The notes beneath the pieces are model-generated. The model did no database searches, was not told the DNA's origin, and saw nothing but the letters and a program-made list of their open reading frames with translations. Of a stretch of DNA of 64,000 nt, positions 15,202 through 26,650 are shown one piece after another. How positions within the stretch are numbered: position 1 is the stretch's first letter; the number at the start of each line of letters is the position of its first letter. Both the position numbers and the translations under genes were made by a program. The stretch comes from Moniliella sp. 'wahieum' (taxonomy: Eukaryota), in assembly GCA_003971905.1 (NCBI GenBank), contig RSEE01000040.1, forward strand, positions 124,001-188,000, given 5' to 3'.

Positions 15202-16811
15202 ATGGCCGACGCTGCACACGGAGGCCTCTGCCGCCACCAACCCTCGCTGCTCGACGCGCCAAGCTTGCTATCCTTGCTCATGCCGCCAGTACGCACGCGG
15301 CGCCCTTCACCGCCCTGCGCGCCATGTCCCCCGCCACATCTACCCAACGCAGGCCCTCGGTTGGCTTCTGACCGCAGCTAACCGCCATTTTCGCTCCACT
15401 GGTGGTCTCGCCGCCCCATCGCTCGCTGCCGGGTGCCCACTCCCTCGCGCCGAAGACGGCCAATTGGCGAAGCGCCGGGTATGATCCTGGCCTATGGCGG
15501 GGATCTGGTCGAACCTCCTCTACCTCCGCCTCTGCCTCCCCGACTGCGGTCGCCATGATTCCCCGTACCCCTCCGGAAGTTACCGAACGCGTTTTTCCAA
15601 AACCTCCAGCGCGAGCCCTCACCTATCCGGACCGGGTGAATGCACCCTTTTCGTTCAGGAGGCCAGTACTTCTGTCTACTCCATCGGACCAAACTCGCTG
15701 GATTCTCAGGCTGGAACGTCCAAAGGAGATTACTGGAAAAGGAAAAGGAGATGGGTGGGGAAAATGAGTTCGAGGATGAAGTGGAAGCCGGAGACGAGGT
15801 GGGCATGGAGGACACGGCAGAAGAGTTGCTGGCTCACTCCCCCGGCGTTCCAAGACGGATAACCAGTTCCCTTTCGACTGTAGCCCCAACACCCGTGAAC
15901 CCCAGGCCCTCCCTGGGTGCACCAATATGGAACCGGTTCCGCCCCATCCCCTGCCCCTTCCACAGTTCAACTACGTTAAGCCACCCTCCCAACCCCTACT
16001 GAACCCTGCTCGCCCGTCTCGTCCATCGAGGGGGGTGAACCTCTTCCGATGAGGAAAGATCCGCCGCAGGGTTCCTCTAAACCGCTTATGTGCAATGTGG
16101 GCGACAAAGTGTTTGGATCGCAGCATGATCTGCGAAACCCATTCCATCACGCACTCGCGAGGGGAAATCCAGTGCCAAGTCAGTGTGAGTGGCGGCCCCG
16201 GTCAGGGAGGCCATGTATGCGGCGAATGCGGCAAACCATTTTCGCGCCGGTCGGACTTGCGAGGCACTGGCGCATCCACACGAACGATCGGCCGTTCCAA
16301 TGCACGTTCCCTGGGTGCACCAAAAGTTTATACCAACGTAGCGCACTAACCGTTCATGGGCGCGTACACACGGCGAGCGGCCTCTCAACTGTGAGTTTGA
16401 CGGCTGCACCAAGAGCTTTTCCGACTCCTCCTCCCTCGCTCGCCACCGACGCACCACTCGGGCAACCGGCGTATGCCTGCGCCATGCTGGCTGTGGTAAA
16501 ACGTTTACCCGTCGCACCACGCTCAACCGCCACGTGAAGGGACATGACGACGGTATGCGCAAACCTGGTTTCCCAGTCCAGCTGCCCCCATCTCAGTCTG
16601 CCCCGTTCGAGCTTGCGAAGAACAGGAGGACTTCGGACTTTGACATCCCACCGCGGCCACCAAGGAGCACGTCTCGGGTCGTCCCCCCATCGGATCGCCA
16701 CACCGCAGGAGTCAGCCGCGCCGTGGGTGCTGGTGGGTGCCCCGAGCAAGGTCATGCTCTACTGACTTGCCACACATCCTCCTCTGCCCACAGTTCTCTG
16801 CCCCCGTCTTA
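15202..16811 (+). CDS. C2H2 zinc-finger transcription factor (four tandem fingers at about 16210-16540); start and end approximate
   Basis: Across frameshifts: [81 protein letters not shown]...CGKTFTRRTTLNRH. Confidence 0.85.
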
Positions 16812-17373
16812 GCTCCTGCTGACACATGAAGGATCGGGTTCCCGCTGATAGGCCCCCCGTTCCCGCTCCTCTATACTGTTGTCTTTCCGTGTTTTTTTTT
16901 TCTACTATACAGTGTGATGCTTCAGTTGCAGATGGACAAACGGTAGAACTGGGGGGTTGATAGGGAGAGGTAGCACAGTCAACGCGGGCAGAGAAAGGGC
17001 GAAAGAAAGAAGAGGTCGAGGTGATAAAGAAAAAGAAGAGGGAGCGCAAGGTGGAGCGTAGAGAGCAACAGAAAACAAGCATGTGCAGAGGATTGTGTGA
17101 GAGGGTGTCCGATGGAGGCTGAGAGAGACAGAGGACAGGGACAAAGAAAGAACAAGCAAAAATGCAAAAGCGACGCAAAAGAGGGATCGAAAAAAGAGAC
17201 ATGATGTGTGGCACGCACGAAGGTGGTGACAGCAAAGGGGGAATAAGGCAGATGGAGGGTAGGTAAAGAGATAGATGGGAGGATGAAAAAGGTTGCGACA
17301 CAGAAAGGACAAAATCCGGATCAGCATGTTGAGGGATCACACTCCGCCTTCGGGCGGGCGGCACGGTCTTGGC

Positions 17374-18167
17374 TCATACGGGCAAGACGGGAAGAAGGGG
17401 TAGCAACAGCAGTGACAACGGGTGGACAAGGGTGTGGCACACAGCGGTAGGAACGGGGAATGCCAGAGGGTCGCCGGATGCGGCATGGGCGGCCAACCTA
17501 GGGGGAGCATCGCCGTTCCTTGATTTTCCGACTGGTTCCCACTGCAGACCCATATTAGGTGTGAGGCAGGCCCAAACGTACACCAAGAGGGTAGGAAAGG
17601 TAAACACGTACTCTCTCGGTAGGGGTGACAAGGCGGTTTCACTCTCTCTCAGTGCACCTAGGGTGTACGGGCTGGCGAGGTGATGGCTAATAGTGGGGTA
17701 ACTGGTGGAATGAGCTGGACTGGTGATGGGATAGTTGGCAGTAGGATAGCTTGTGTGACGCCTGGTGGGGTAACTGCTGGGAAGGCGAGTGCTGCTGCCG
17801 ACGGTGCCGAGCACACTGGTGTAATGGGGGACGGACCATCGTACTTGCCAGAAAAGAGATCAGTGAGTGGAGTCTTGGGGCAGGCAAGGAGGTCGAGAGG
17901 GAGGGTGGTAAGACTGCGGGGATGTATAGGGTGGGAATAGGGGGGTGGCAATCGGGGGGTTGAAGCCATCTGTTGGGGGAAGATGGGGCAGGGGGGTGAG
18001 GGGTGGGTAGAATTGAGGAGAGGCACGTCCCATTCCAGTGTGGTGTTGGTGGAAGACGAAGGGATAGTAGTGGGGGGAGGGAAAGGGGGTGGGGTCATCC
18101 CAGGCCGCGTACTGTACTGCGCGGGCCTTGAGTGATATGCGGCGCAGGCGATAAAAGAGGGGATCAA
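17374..18167 (-). CDS. Possible small Pro/Ser/Thr-rich hypothetical protein
   Basis: Overlapping P/S/T-rich minus-strand ORFs directly downstream of a TATATATATA element at about 18198-18207. No recognisable domain. Confidence 0.3.
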
Positions 18168-20366
18168 AAAGGGTTAAAGCCACAGAGGGGGGAGGCTATA
18201 TATATACCTTTTTGAATCAATATAGGAGAGGGAGAGATTACCATAGAGCTGCCCCACCTGTGTAGAAATTTGCTTGGAAGGATAGGGAAAAGATCGACGA
18301 CATGACCTGGCTGTTCGTTAAGCGAGGTACCTGGGCACCGTTTCCTTCGCGGGGCATCTGTGGTGTCTGTGGTGTGGTTTCCGGAGAGGCAGAAGATACA
18401 TGAGTGTCGGACTTAGACGGGGAGAGGGGCTTGCTGCTCGTTGCGGCTGAGATGAATGGTTAAAATGATTGACGTTGTTTTGTGATCGGATACACATGTG
18501 CGCAAACGGACGAAGATACTGTAAGTTATACCAATCCATGTAATGAGCCGCAAAAACAAAGCGGGCACAAAAGTGCAGTTTTCTGCGGTAGCTAGTAAGT
18601 GCCCTTGGGAGAATATAGGGACTTGGATCTTATTAGTCTCACGTTGTCTTTTGCATCAGTCATCGATCATCATGCATAGGCGCTCAGGCGCTCACAGGCA
18701 TGACCTCATGCCTATGCACATGCATCTTGTCGATCAGAGACCTGCGAGCGTCGAGAAGCAGCATGATACTGGTGAGACGTGAGCCCGAGGTCCCAACGGA
18801 GGCTGAGTGCCTGAACCTGGAGAGCGACCCGAGCAGGAAGGCAATTCAGGGCGTTACGTGAGCGCTCAGGCTGAGCAGCCTTGCTGAGCCTCTGAGTCTT
18901 CTGCCAAGCGCACACATGTTGGGCCGCCACACACCACCCACACTGGCAGAGTGCTGGGGGCCGGTGCCTGTCTGGACGAGTACCTGGGGCAGGGTCTCCG
19001 GTCGACGGTGCCTGGACGAGGTCCTGGAAGCTGGACATGGAGATAAATGGGTCATCGGATGGGCTATGCGCTCAGCCTGAGCTTTCTACGTGCCACTCAG
19101 TTACCCAAGGCCTCCACAACGCGCACGCCGCACCCACACCATATGCACACTATGCACCGGCGGAAGCTCGTCACGCGTGGTCATCATGCGTCAGAACAGA
19201 AACAAAGAAGACACGGTGCGATGGTGGGGGATAGTCGATAGGGCGGGATTACACGGTATAAAATGAGGTCACCGTGCTGCGTTTCCCCTGCCTATCGATC
19301 AGCGTGACGTAGGGTGTGGCTGAGGGGTACGTGCCACCTGTCTCCCCACTCCTGCGGCCATGCTGTTTCGGGCGGCGAAAGCCATCTCTCCTCAGCGTTT
19401 CCCTCCACAGCTCTCGGTCCGGAGGTTGAGAGCCACCCCGAGACACGTGTTATCGATATCGATCGATTATCGATTACGAAAAGTGCCCGTCGGATCCATT
19501 TTCCTAATAGTGTTGCGTTCAACGTTCCACCATCGGTTGGTACTCTGTCTGGTTCAGTTCAGAACGAGCTCATTCCCCGGAGCACTGCGGTACTGAGGCC
19601 CGAGGCCGCCTAGGCTTGGCGTTCTTCTTAAAAGGGATGCTACAATAGAACCAGATCGTGGCACGTCTGATCCCATCCAGATCTCAGCGGCCTTCAAGCT
19701 TCACCTGTCCACGCCTCTTCTCCACTGCACGAGGCTGGAGCGACTGCTCGCCTACGGCACCCTCTGCGGTGCCACCATGCCATATCCTGTGTATGATAGG
19801 TGATGCTGGGTGACCGGTGACCGGATGCATGATGTTCTTTTATCGCCTGGGGCGTTTCCTCTACTCCTCTCTACGTACGCACGCCTAAAGGGCCCTGCCC
19901 TTCTCATAGCCTCTCCTCAAAATCACACCCGCCATTCTCCTTCAGCCATATGTAGAACAAATAAAATCGAGGAATGTAGCATTGAAGTCTTATTTGAGAG
20001 GCAGATAGTACAGGCAAAACACGCCCAGAAAAAAGGTCCAAGGTTCATCAACGAGATCGCCATCTCATCGTTAGGCATTTTGAATGTGTGTGGGGGGAAG
20101 GGGCGGGGGGTCAAGGTCGCGTCAAAGCACGCAACGCTTAGAGTGTCCAGAACCGTATGACACCCTCCCTCGCCGCCCTGTCACTCCAATGGAAGGCATT
20201 CCCATCGGGGGACTCCCACGTCAGAAAGGGTTGCTTAATGGAGAAATTCCAGAGCATCGCCCCTTCTTCCGTCTTACCGTCAGTGGAGCAGGACGTTCAT
20301 CCACTTCCGTTGAGATCGAGTCATTGGCCGATCCCACCGACAGAGGAGACGAAGGCGCTGTCGCAT

Positions 20367-21433
20367 TCACATCCGCTGGAGCCAGGGGTCAAGCCCCCAC
20401 TCCGCCTCGGGGAGGCCATCAACAAGGAGCTCTTCACCCATCGGCGACGTGTAAAACAGATCTTCCATCTTTTCTTCCTTTTCTTTCCTTACCTTGAGGG
20501 GCAGGGCAGCGACTGAGAGTTTGCTGCTGCCGTTTCCCCACTCTGAAATGGGCATGGGCCGGTCCAGAGCGGCCAACCCATCCAGGCGCACCTTATCCGT
20601 CCCGTGTGGGGGCAGCACAAACGAAGGAAGAGGGAGAGCGCCCGCTGCTGGGAACCGCCTTCGCTGCTGGAAGGCGAGCGCTCGATCCTTCTTCTTCGCG
20701 GCCCATGGGTGGACGGACTGGTTCGACAGGAGGGGAGGTCGACTGGACGGCTTGCGCTCCAGATTCAGAGGGGGAAGGCGCTGCTAACGTTCCACTTAGC
20801 TGAGGATCCTGCGAGTTCAAGACGGGAGAAGGGGATTCGGAGGTAGAGGGAGAAGAAATGTCTCTCGACGATTTGGGGAGAGGGGGGCTCGGCCAGCGTA
20901 GCAGCAGGATCCACGGCATCGGGATTGAGCGTTGGAAGGAGCGCAACGACTTTACTAAGTTGCTCCTTGGGTCATCAGAATAAGCTTGGACCAATCGGTA
21001 ATGGCTTGGAAGCGCGACTCGTAATCCTGCACTTTGCGCAAGAGTTCGGCATTGTGTCGCGACAGTTCACCCATCTGGGTTTCCAGGGTCGAGACATAGT
21101 TCTTCTTCTTGTCCCGGCTGGCTTGAGCCGAAAGGCGATTTCGGGCCTGACGGGCCTCAAGACGAGCAATGCGCTCGGGGGTCATTGCCTTGGGCCGTTT
21201 GGCAAAGGCAGAAGGATCGGGCGTCGATGACGAGAACGCACGCTTCTTGCCGCCGGCGCCCGTAGATGGATTAGAGGCGAATCCCGACACGGACGGTACT
21301 GGCACCACAGAGGAAGGGGTACCTTGAGGCCCGCCCAGGAGGGTGGAGTATGGATGTGGGCATGGGCCTGGACATGCGCAGAAGCCGGGGCTAGCGCAGC
21401 CAGCCCGCCCGTGTCGGTGGCAGAAGGAGACAT
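20367..21433 (-). CDS. HAC1: UPR bZIP transcription factor Hac1/Cib1/XBP1 homologue with an unconventional (Ire1-type) intron at 20648-20666
   Basis: Basic region ERIARLEARQARNRLSAQASRDKKKNYVSTLE plus zipper, resembling Ustilago Cib1 as I recall it. Two CAG|CAGC sites downstream, the first in a perfect 7-bp stem with a 7-nt loop. Confidence 0.85.
20644..20676 (-). promoter_or_regulatory. Ire1 cleavage hairpins flanking a 19-nt non-spliceosomal intron
   Basis: Minus strand: CGCCTTC-CAGCAGC-GAAGGCG (20676-20656), then GTTCC-CAGCAGC-GGG (loop 20650-20644). Both loops fit the CNG|CNG consensus. Confidence 0.8.
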
Positions 21434-22901
21434 GGTGAAGGCAAGAGGTGTGCACGGGTTAGCAGGCGGGGTGTGGAGATGGGTTAATGGGGTGGAGGCG
21501 GGGGGGGGGGGGGGCACACACACGAAGCGAGACGGCTTTAGACGAGATGGATGGGGGTACGAGGGACGCGGACGACATGGGCAACGAGCGCAGAGCCTTA
21601 TAAGCTGCGCGGCGCCGGAGTGGGGCAGCAGCAGCCAGCCTGTGCTTCCTTCTCCCCAGGCCGCGGCTGCTGCGCTGATGCGGCACCCAATCCGATTCAG
21701 CGCGGCGCGAGTCTCCGGCTACCACAGGCCACCGCGCGCTCTTGTCTGTCTGTCCGGGCCTCGCTACGCCTCGCTCCCCGCTGCCGCTCCCCCGGCCATT
21801 TCGAACTGGGCTCCACCCAGCCCTGCGCCCTAAACCCTAGCACTGCCCTCGTGCCGACCCCCTGCTTCGCTGCGCCTAACCCTACCGGTCTCGGCTCATC
21901 ACGCATTACCGGCTGCTGGTCATCGGTCACAGGTCGCAGGTTGTCAGCGAATCAGGCTGACGCGCTGACAAGCCACCTGACCAGTGACCACCTGCAAGGG
22001 CTGCTCTGTTGCCCCCCTGCTGCCCCCCCCGCTCCTCCTGGCTCCAGCTAACTCCGCCTATCTTTGAAGATTGAAGAAGCCTGACGCGGCCTCCCGCTGC
22101 GGAATGCGGAATTCCGTCCACCAGATAATGATACCGTCAGTGTTCAACTGAACGTTCAACTCAGTTCCTTCCAAGATGCGCAATCATTAATGCCATCTTG
22201 ATGGCATCATGGATCCTCCGCCTATCGTCGTTTGCATTACCACTGACTGGTAGCGGAAAGACTCGTCCTTGAGTGCATCGCTGGTACATGTCATTCCTGG
22301 CGCATTCGGCTTGCCTTTACAAGCAGCCGATGCAGCTCCTTTTCCCGACGCGTTGAAGAACAGAGAGCAGGCAGTTGATGGTGTATTGCTGTGCGGACGA
22401 TCACGGGCTCCCGGGTGATTTCGCCCGGTTCCGTTCTTCGTCCGGCGGGTTCCGCTCTTCCTTCTCTTCATCCATCTGTTTATTGCACATGAGCTACAGA
22501 GGCTAGAGAATATTCCTGCCCTCCAGAAAGGAATATTGGAAGGAATGAACCTGGCTTGGGCTACCGGCGCCACTACACCAGCGTGGCGCCACACGACGTT
22601 ACAACAACACGTTCCCACGCATGGATCATGCAGATTATCGCATGCTTACAGTCCATCATCTGCATCATCCTCGACAGTGTTGAGAGGCAGTCCATCAATG
22701 ACCAAGTGCTACTGATCAATCATGCAGCAGCGCTCGTGCCCAGCCCTCTCCCTGGTAGGTCAGGCCCAACAGCCAGAGTAGATCAAGGGTGTCTCCAGCC
22801 TATTCGTCCCAACTGCCACAGGCCACACTACTCACAGCTAAGACGAGACCGGCTTCTGGGTACAAAGGGAATCGAGTTATTGTAGTACAACTTGCGCCTC
22901 T

Positions 22902-23325
22902 TTAAGCCGAGTGCTTGGAGATGGCCGCGTTCAGCTTGGGGGAGCAGCACCGATCACCTCGTCAATCTTCTGGCCATCCTTGTAGAAGATGAAAGTAGGC
23001 ATCGCAGTCACACCGGCCGTGGCGGCAATCTGAGGCTGCTCATCCACGTCGACCTTGTAGAACTCGAGTTTGTCGCTGGGCGTCGAGGTCTGCAGCTTCT
23101 CGAAGATGGGCGAGATCATCTTGCAAGGACCGCACCATGTAGCCCCTACAGCAATAATAGGTCAGTCAGTATTTCTCTGCCGGGTGCCCAACCAGCGGGT
23201 GAGAGGGGCACTGCCCGCCTCAGTGTCGCGACTTGGAGTTGATACGCACAGAAGTCAATGACAACGGTCTTGCCGCTGTTAATGATAGTCTGGAAGGACT
23301 CGAAGGAATCAATAGCCTGGACCAT
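22902..23325 (-). CDS. TRX1: Thioredoxin; intron 23146-23249
   Basis: MVQAIDSFESFQTIINSGKTVVIDF-W(spliced)-ATWCGPCKMISPIFEKL...FYKVDVDEQ..AMPTF, with the WCGPC active site. Confidence 0.96.
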
Positions 23326-24442
23326 GGTGTGAGACGGATGGAGGTGGTAGGAGCGTGACAAGGGCTGCCAGGGCAACTCGCGTGCTTTAAATAGCAGCAA
23401 GCTGCAGGACGGGCCTGTGAGTGAGTGGCTTTCCCGTCGCCGGGCACGGGGACAGTTCGGAAGCACGGGCGCTATGACGCCACCCACCATGGTGACCGTA
23501 AACCCCGGGTACTGCCCCCGTGCTGCCCAACACCTAATGGCCGCCGGGGTTTTGAAGCGCCGTTGGCCGCTGAAACGGCAACTTAATTAGCTCCATCTCT
23601 CGGCTGGCTTCTCTGTCCTTCTATTGCTTGCCCCTCTGGGCTGGATGCAATCAGCCTGAGCTCTCCGACGCCAACCCTTCATCGCTCGGCCACGCAACTT
23701 AATTGAGCGTGGGCATTATGCATTTGGCTCCTTGGAGCGGGACAGAACATTCAGACCGGATTCAGGAAAGTTTCGGGGCGGAAGTCAGCAGTACCAAGCG
23801 TCGCAGGGTTTCGCCGGGGCCACGCATTGCATCATGGCCAGAATGCGCACTGCTCCACAACGACCTTTCCATTCACATTGAGCGCTTCTCTCTGTTGTGA
23901 CGTGGAGATGATCTTCCCTGTTGGACAGACTTTCTGTGGTGACGCGTGACGCTGGTACTAGCTAGCTGCCCTCTGTCCACGCGTCTGCGCCTCCCCCTCT
24001 GTGCTCCTGCGTTCGCTCCCCCCTCTTGTTTTCTTTCCACGAGCCACACCGCTTCCGCTCGATACTTCGGCCACCCTCCATGCTCGTGATCAGCTGCCCA
24101 CTCTTTCAGTCAGTAGCGGCCATCTGATTGCAGTCACATCTTCTGATGATCGATGATGGCCCGTGGGTCACCGGTCATGCCGGTCATGACGCACCGGCAA
24201 ATGGCAGAAGCGCTCACAACCGCGTTGCCTCGCCCCCAGTACCCAGCCGGCCCAAACTACTCACCCTCTCCTTAGGCGTCAAGCCTGAATCTCTCTTATT
24301 TCTGCGCCTCAACTATGGACATCAGGGTACGTCAGATGGGAACCATTCGGTACATGGTCAAAATGATATATGGATCGTGACGCGGAGCGTGTGGGCAAGG
24401 GAAAAGCAGTTGCTGTAAAGCCAGGACAACACTCTATTACCA

Positions 24443-25433
24443 TTAGAGCTTGGACTTGGCCAGCGGGTCCTTGCGCGAGATCTTGGCTTTGATCAAGCCG
24501 GAAGGGTGTGTTGAGGGAGGAACCTCGGCATCCTTCTCGTTGGTGTTGGACAACCCTTTAAGGAGAGATCGATGGGGACGTAGTGCTTGTTGGGCAGCGC
24601 ATACTCCACATCCTCCAACCACTTGTGGGCACCAGTCGAAAAGAAAGGCCGCGGGTCGTTGAGAATGTCGGAGGCCATGGTGAACATCGTCGCCTGGACC
24701 GAAGCCGAGTCATCCGTAGCAAATACACGGATCGTGTGTGCCTTAGCCGCGTCGGCAATCGCGTCAAAGTCGGTCAAGCCATCCTTGCTAGACAGAAGCT
24801 GGGGCAGCGGAGTGGCCGGGACGTTGAAGGAATAGGTGAGGTCGATGGCCGTAGAGAAAATGCGGTCGTTGACCGGGACAAGGGTGGTAAATTCATCCTT
24901 GTAGAAGCCATGGAAGGCCGAGCCAGACGATTGAGCACCAACAGGTCCTTCAGCCCGCCTTCCAATTTGCTCACGATGGCCGCTCCCCCGCATTCCGGCG
25001 GCCTCAAGGAAGACCGTGCGCACCTCATTGCCATCCCGAACAAAAGAGTGCTTGTGCGGGCCGTCCTCAAGCACAATGCGCGTCCACTTGAGCTTTTGGA
25101 TAGTCACATCCACCCCAGTCAGATGGTCGTACTTGCCCAAGAAGTGCGCAGCCGCCGACAGGGCGAAACGCTCCGGCACAAGCACGTCCCCGGCGCCAGG
25201 GTCTTCGCCAGAACGTTGAGTGTGTTCTTGACCGAGTCGGTAGCGACAACCAACGAGTTGTCGGCGTGGGTGTAGGACTGGGCCAACTTGTTGTCCTTGG
25301 CCACGGGGCCCCGCAGCAGGCAACGGACAATGTACTCGACAATCTGGTGCTTGCTCTTGTCCTGGGGGTTGCGCACGACACGGAGAATGCGGACCAGGTC
25401 CTTTCCGTAGCTGTAGTCGTAGAGGTGGACCAT
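24443..25433 (-). CDS. UOX: Urate oxidase (uricase), peroxisomal (C-terminal SKL)
   Basis: YGKDLVRILRVVR, SYTHADNSLVVATDSVKNT, HKHSFVRDG, SGSAFHGFYKDEFTTL, DRIFST, SASVQATM, LPNKHY. Ends PLAKSKL*. Confidence 0.96.
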
Positions 25434-26320
25434 TGTAAAGAGGAGCAAGCTTCGCGGTGAAGGGGGGAGACCTAGGTGGGTGGGGTTGAGGTTGGGGTGG
25501 TAATCTTCCGGCTGCCGTTGAGATTTAAATACCCCAAGGAGCCCCGTAACGTTGACGGGTCAACCGTTCAACCAACCACCTCTCAACAGAAAGATAACAA
25601 AAGGACTGTGCCCGTGCCTAGATTCAATGTTGAACAAACGTTGAACTCTCGCACCGGAGGATACGCAACGCCTTCCGGTTCCCGGCTGAAGTATATGGGC
25701 CAACTTTGCTTTTTTGGCTCCAGTTGCAGCACAGCCTTGCCTCCCCAATAGCGATCCTATTTCGACGCTCGCAGCAACAGTAGGGTACCGGAGCAGTACC
25801 CGAACCACCCGGAACGGACACTCGGTCCAGTTTCCAAGATACACAGCTTAATTATCCGGTTTTCTGACAGCGGCTGAGCGGCTCAGCCACCCACATCACA
25901 CATGAGATCACATCGCCTTGGGCACTAGTCCATCCGACTCTCCCGATGTTGACGAATTCCTCACTCGTGTGGAAATAATCATGTTCTCTTTCTTAGGTCT
26001 TGAGCCCACATTTTTCTGAAGATAATGCTGCCCGCCTGTGCCTGCCTGAGTCACCCGATTCCTCCCCACAGCGCACGGTATGTGGGGTTCTGCATCCCCC
26101 ACCCCCGCAAAGTACCACTGTTGCCGGTGATGTCATGGGCTAGCCCCGGACTGGAGCCCACAGCACCCACAGTTCAGGGGTGATTTCCCTCGGATCAAGA
26201 GAGTCACTAGTCACTCACAGTTTATCTATAACAGGTGTGTGTTGATGAACGCAAATCATGGCGAGTTGAACGGACAAGCTTTAATTGGGGTATCAGCTCG
26301 CGTGGTAAGGTTGCGTATAT

Positions 26321-26535
26321 TGTTGGGACCCGTGGTCCCGTACTTAGGCCAAGGCGCCTCATCACCCTTCACCCCTGATTTGTCCTCCGAAGCCTCCACG
26401 TGTATACTCAGGCTTGTCTGAACCCCTGTCTCTAGGTGGGCACAAGGCTTAGACCTTAACCACCACCATCGCGATTGCATTGCTCTACATTTCCAGAGGT
26501 TCTTCACCAATCCCTTGGGTTCCTCCGGTCTTACA
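26321..26535 (+). repeat. 5' LTR of the copia element
   Basis: tgttgggacccgtgg...cctccggtcttaca, a direct repeat of 31640-31851. Confidence 0.93.
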
Positions 26536-26650
26536 GAGTTACAATCCTCTTGACGCTCAGCCCTGAGCCTTCCACTCTTACACTCTTCGGTCCTCCTGCC
26601 GGCCCTATCCACAAGCGCTTGCTCGAACTGCGTAAGCTATGGCAAGCATC

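Noticed and set aside
21825..21890. Telomere-like CCCTAA words
   Set aside because: Only two isolated degenerate units, not a tandem array.
23898..23905. TGACGTGG UPRE-like site upstream of thioredoxin (and TGCCACGT near 60470)
   Set aside because: Single 8-mers are expected by chance in 64 kb, and there is no supporting evidence.
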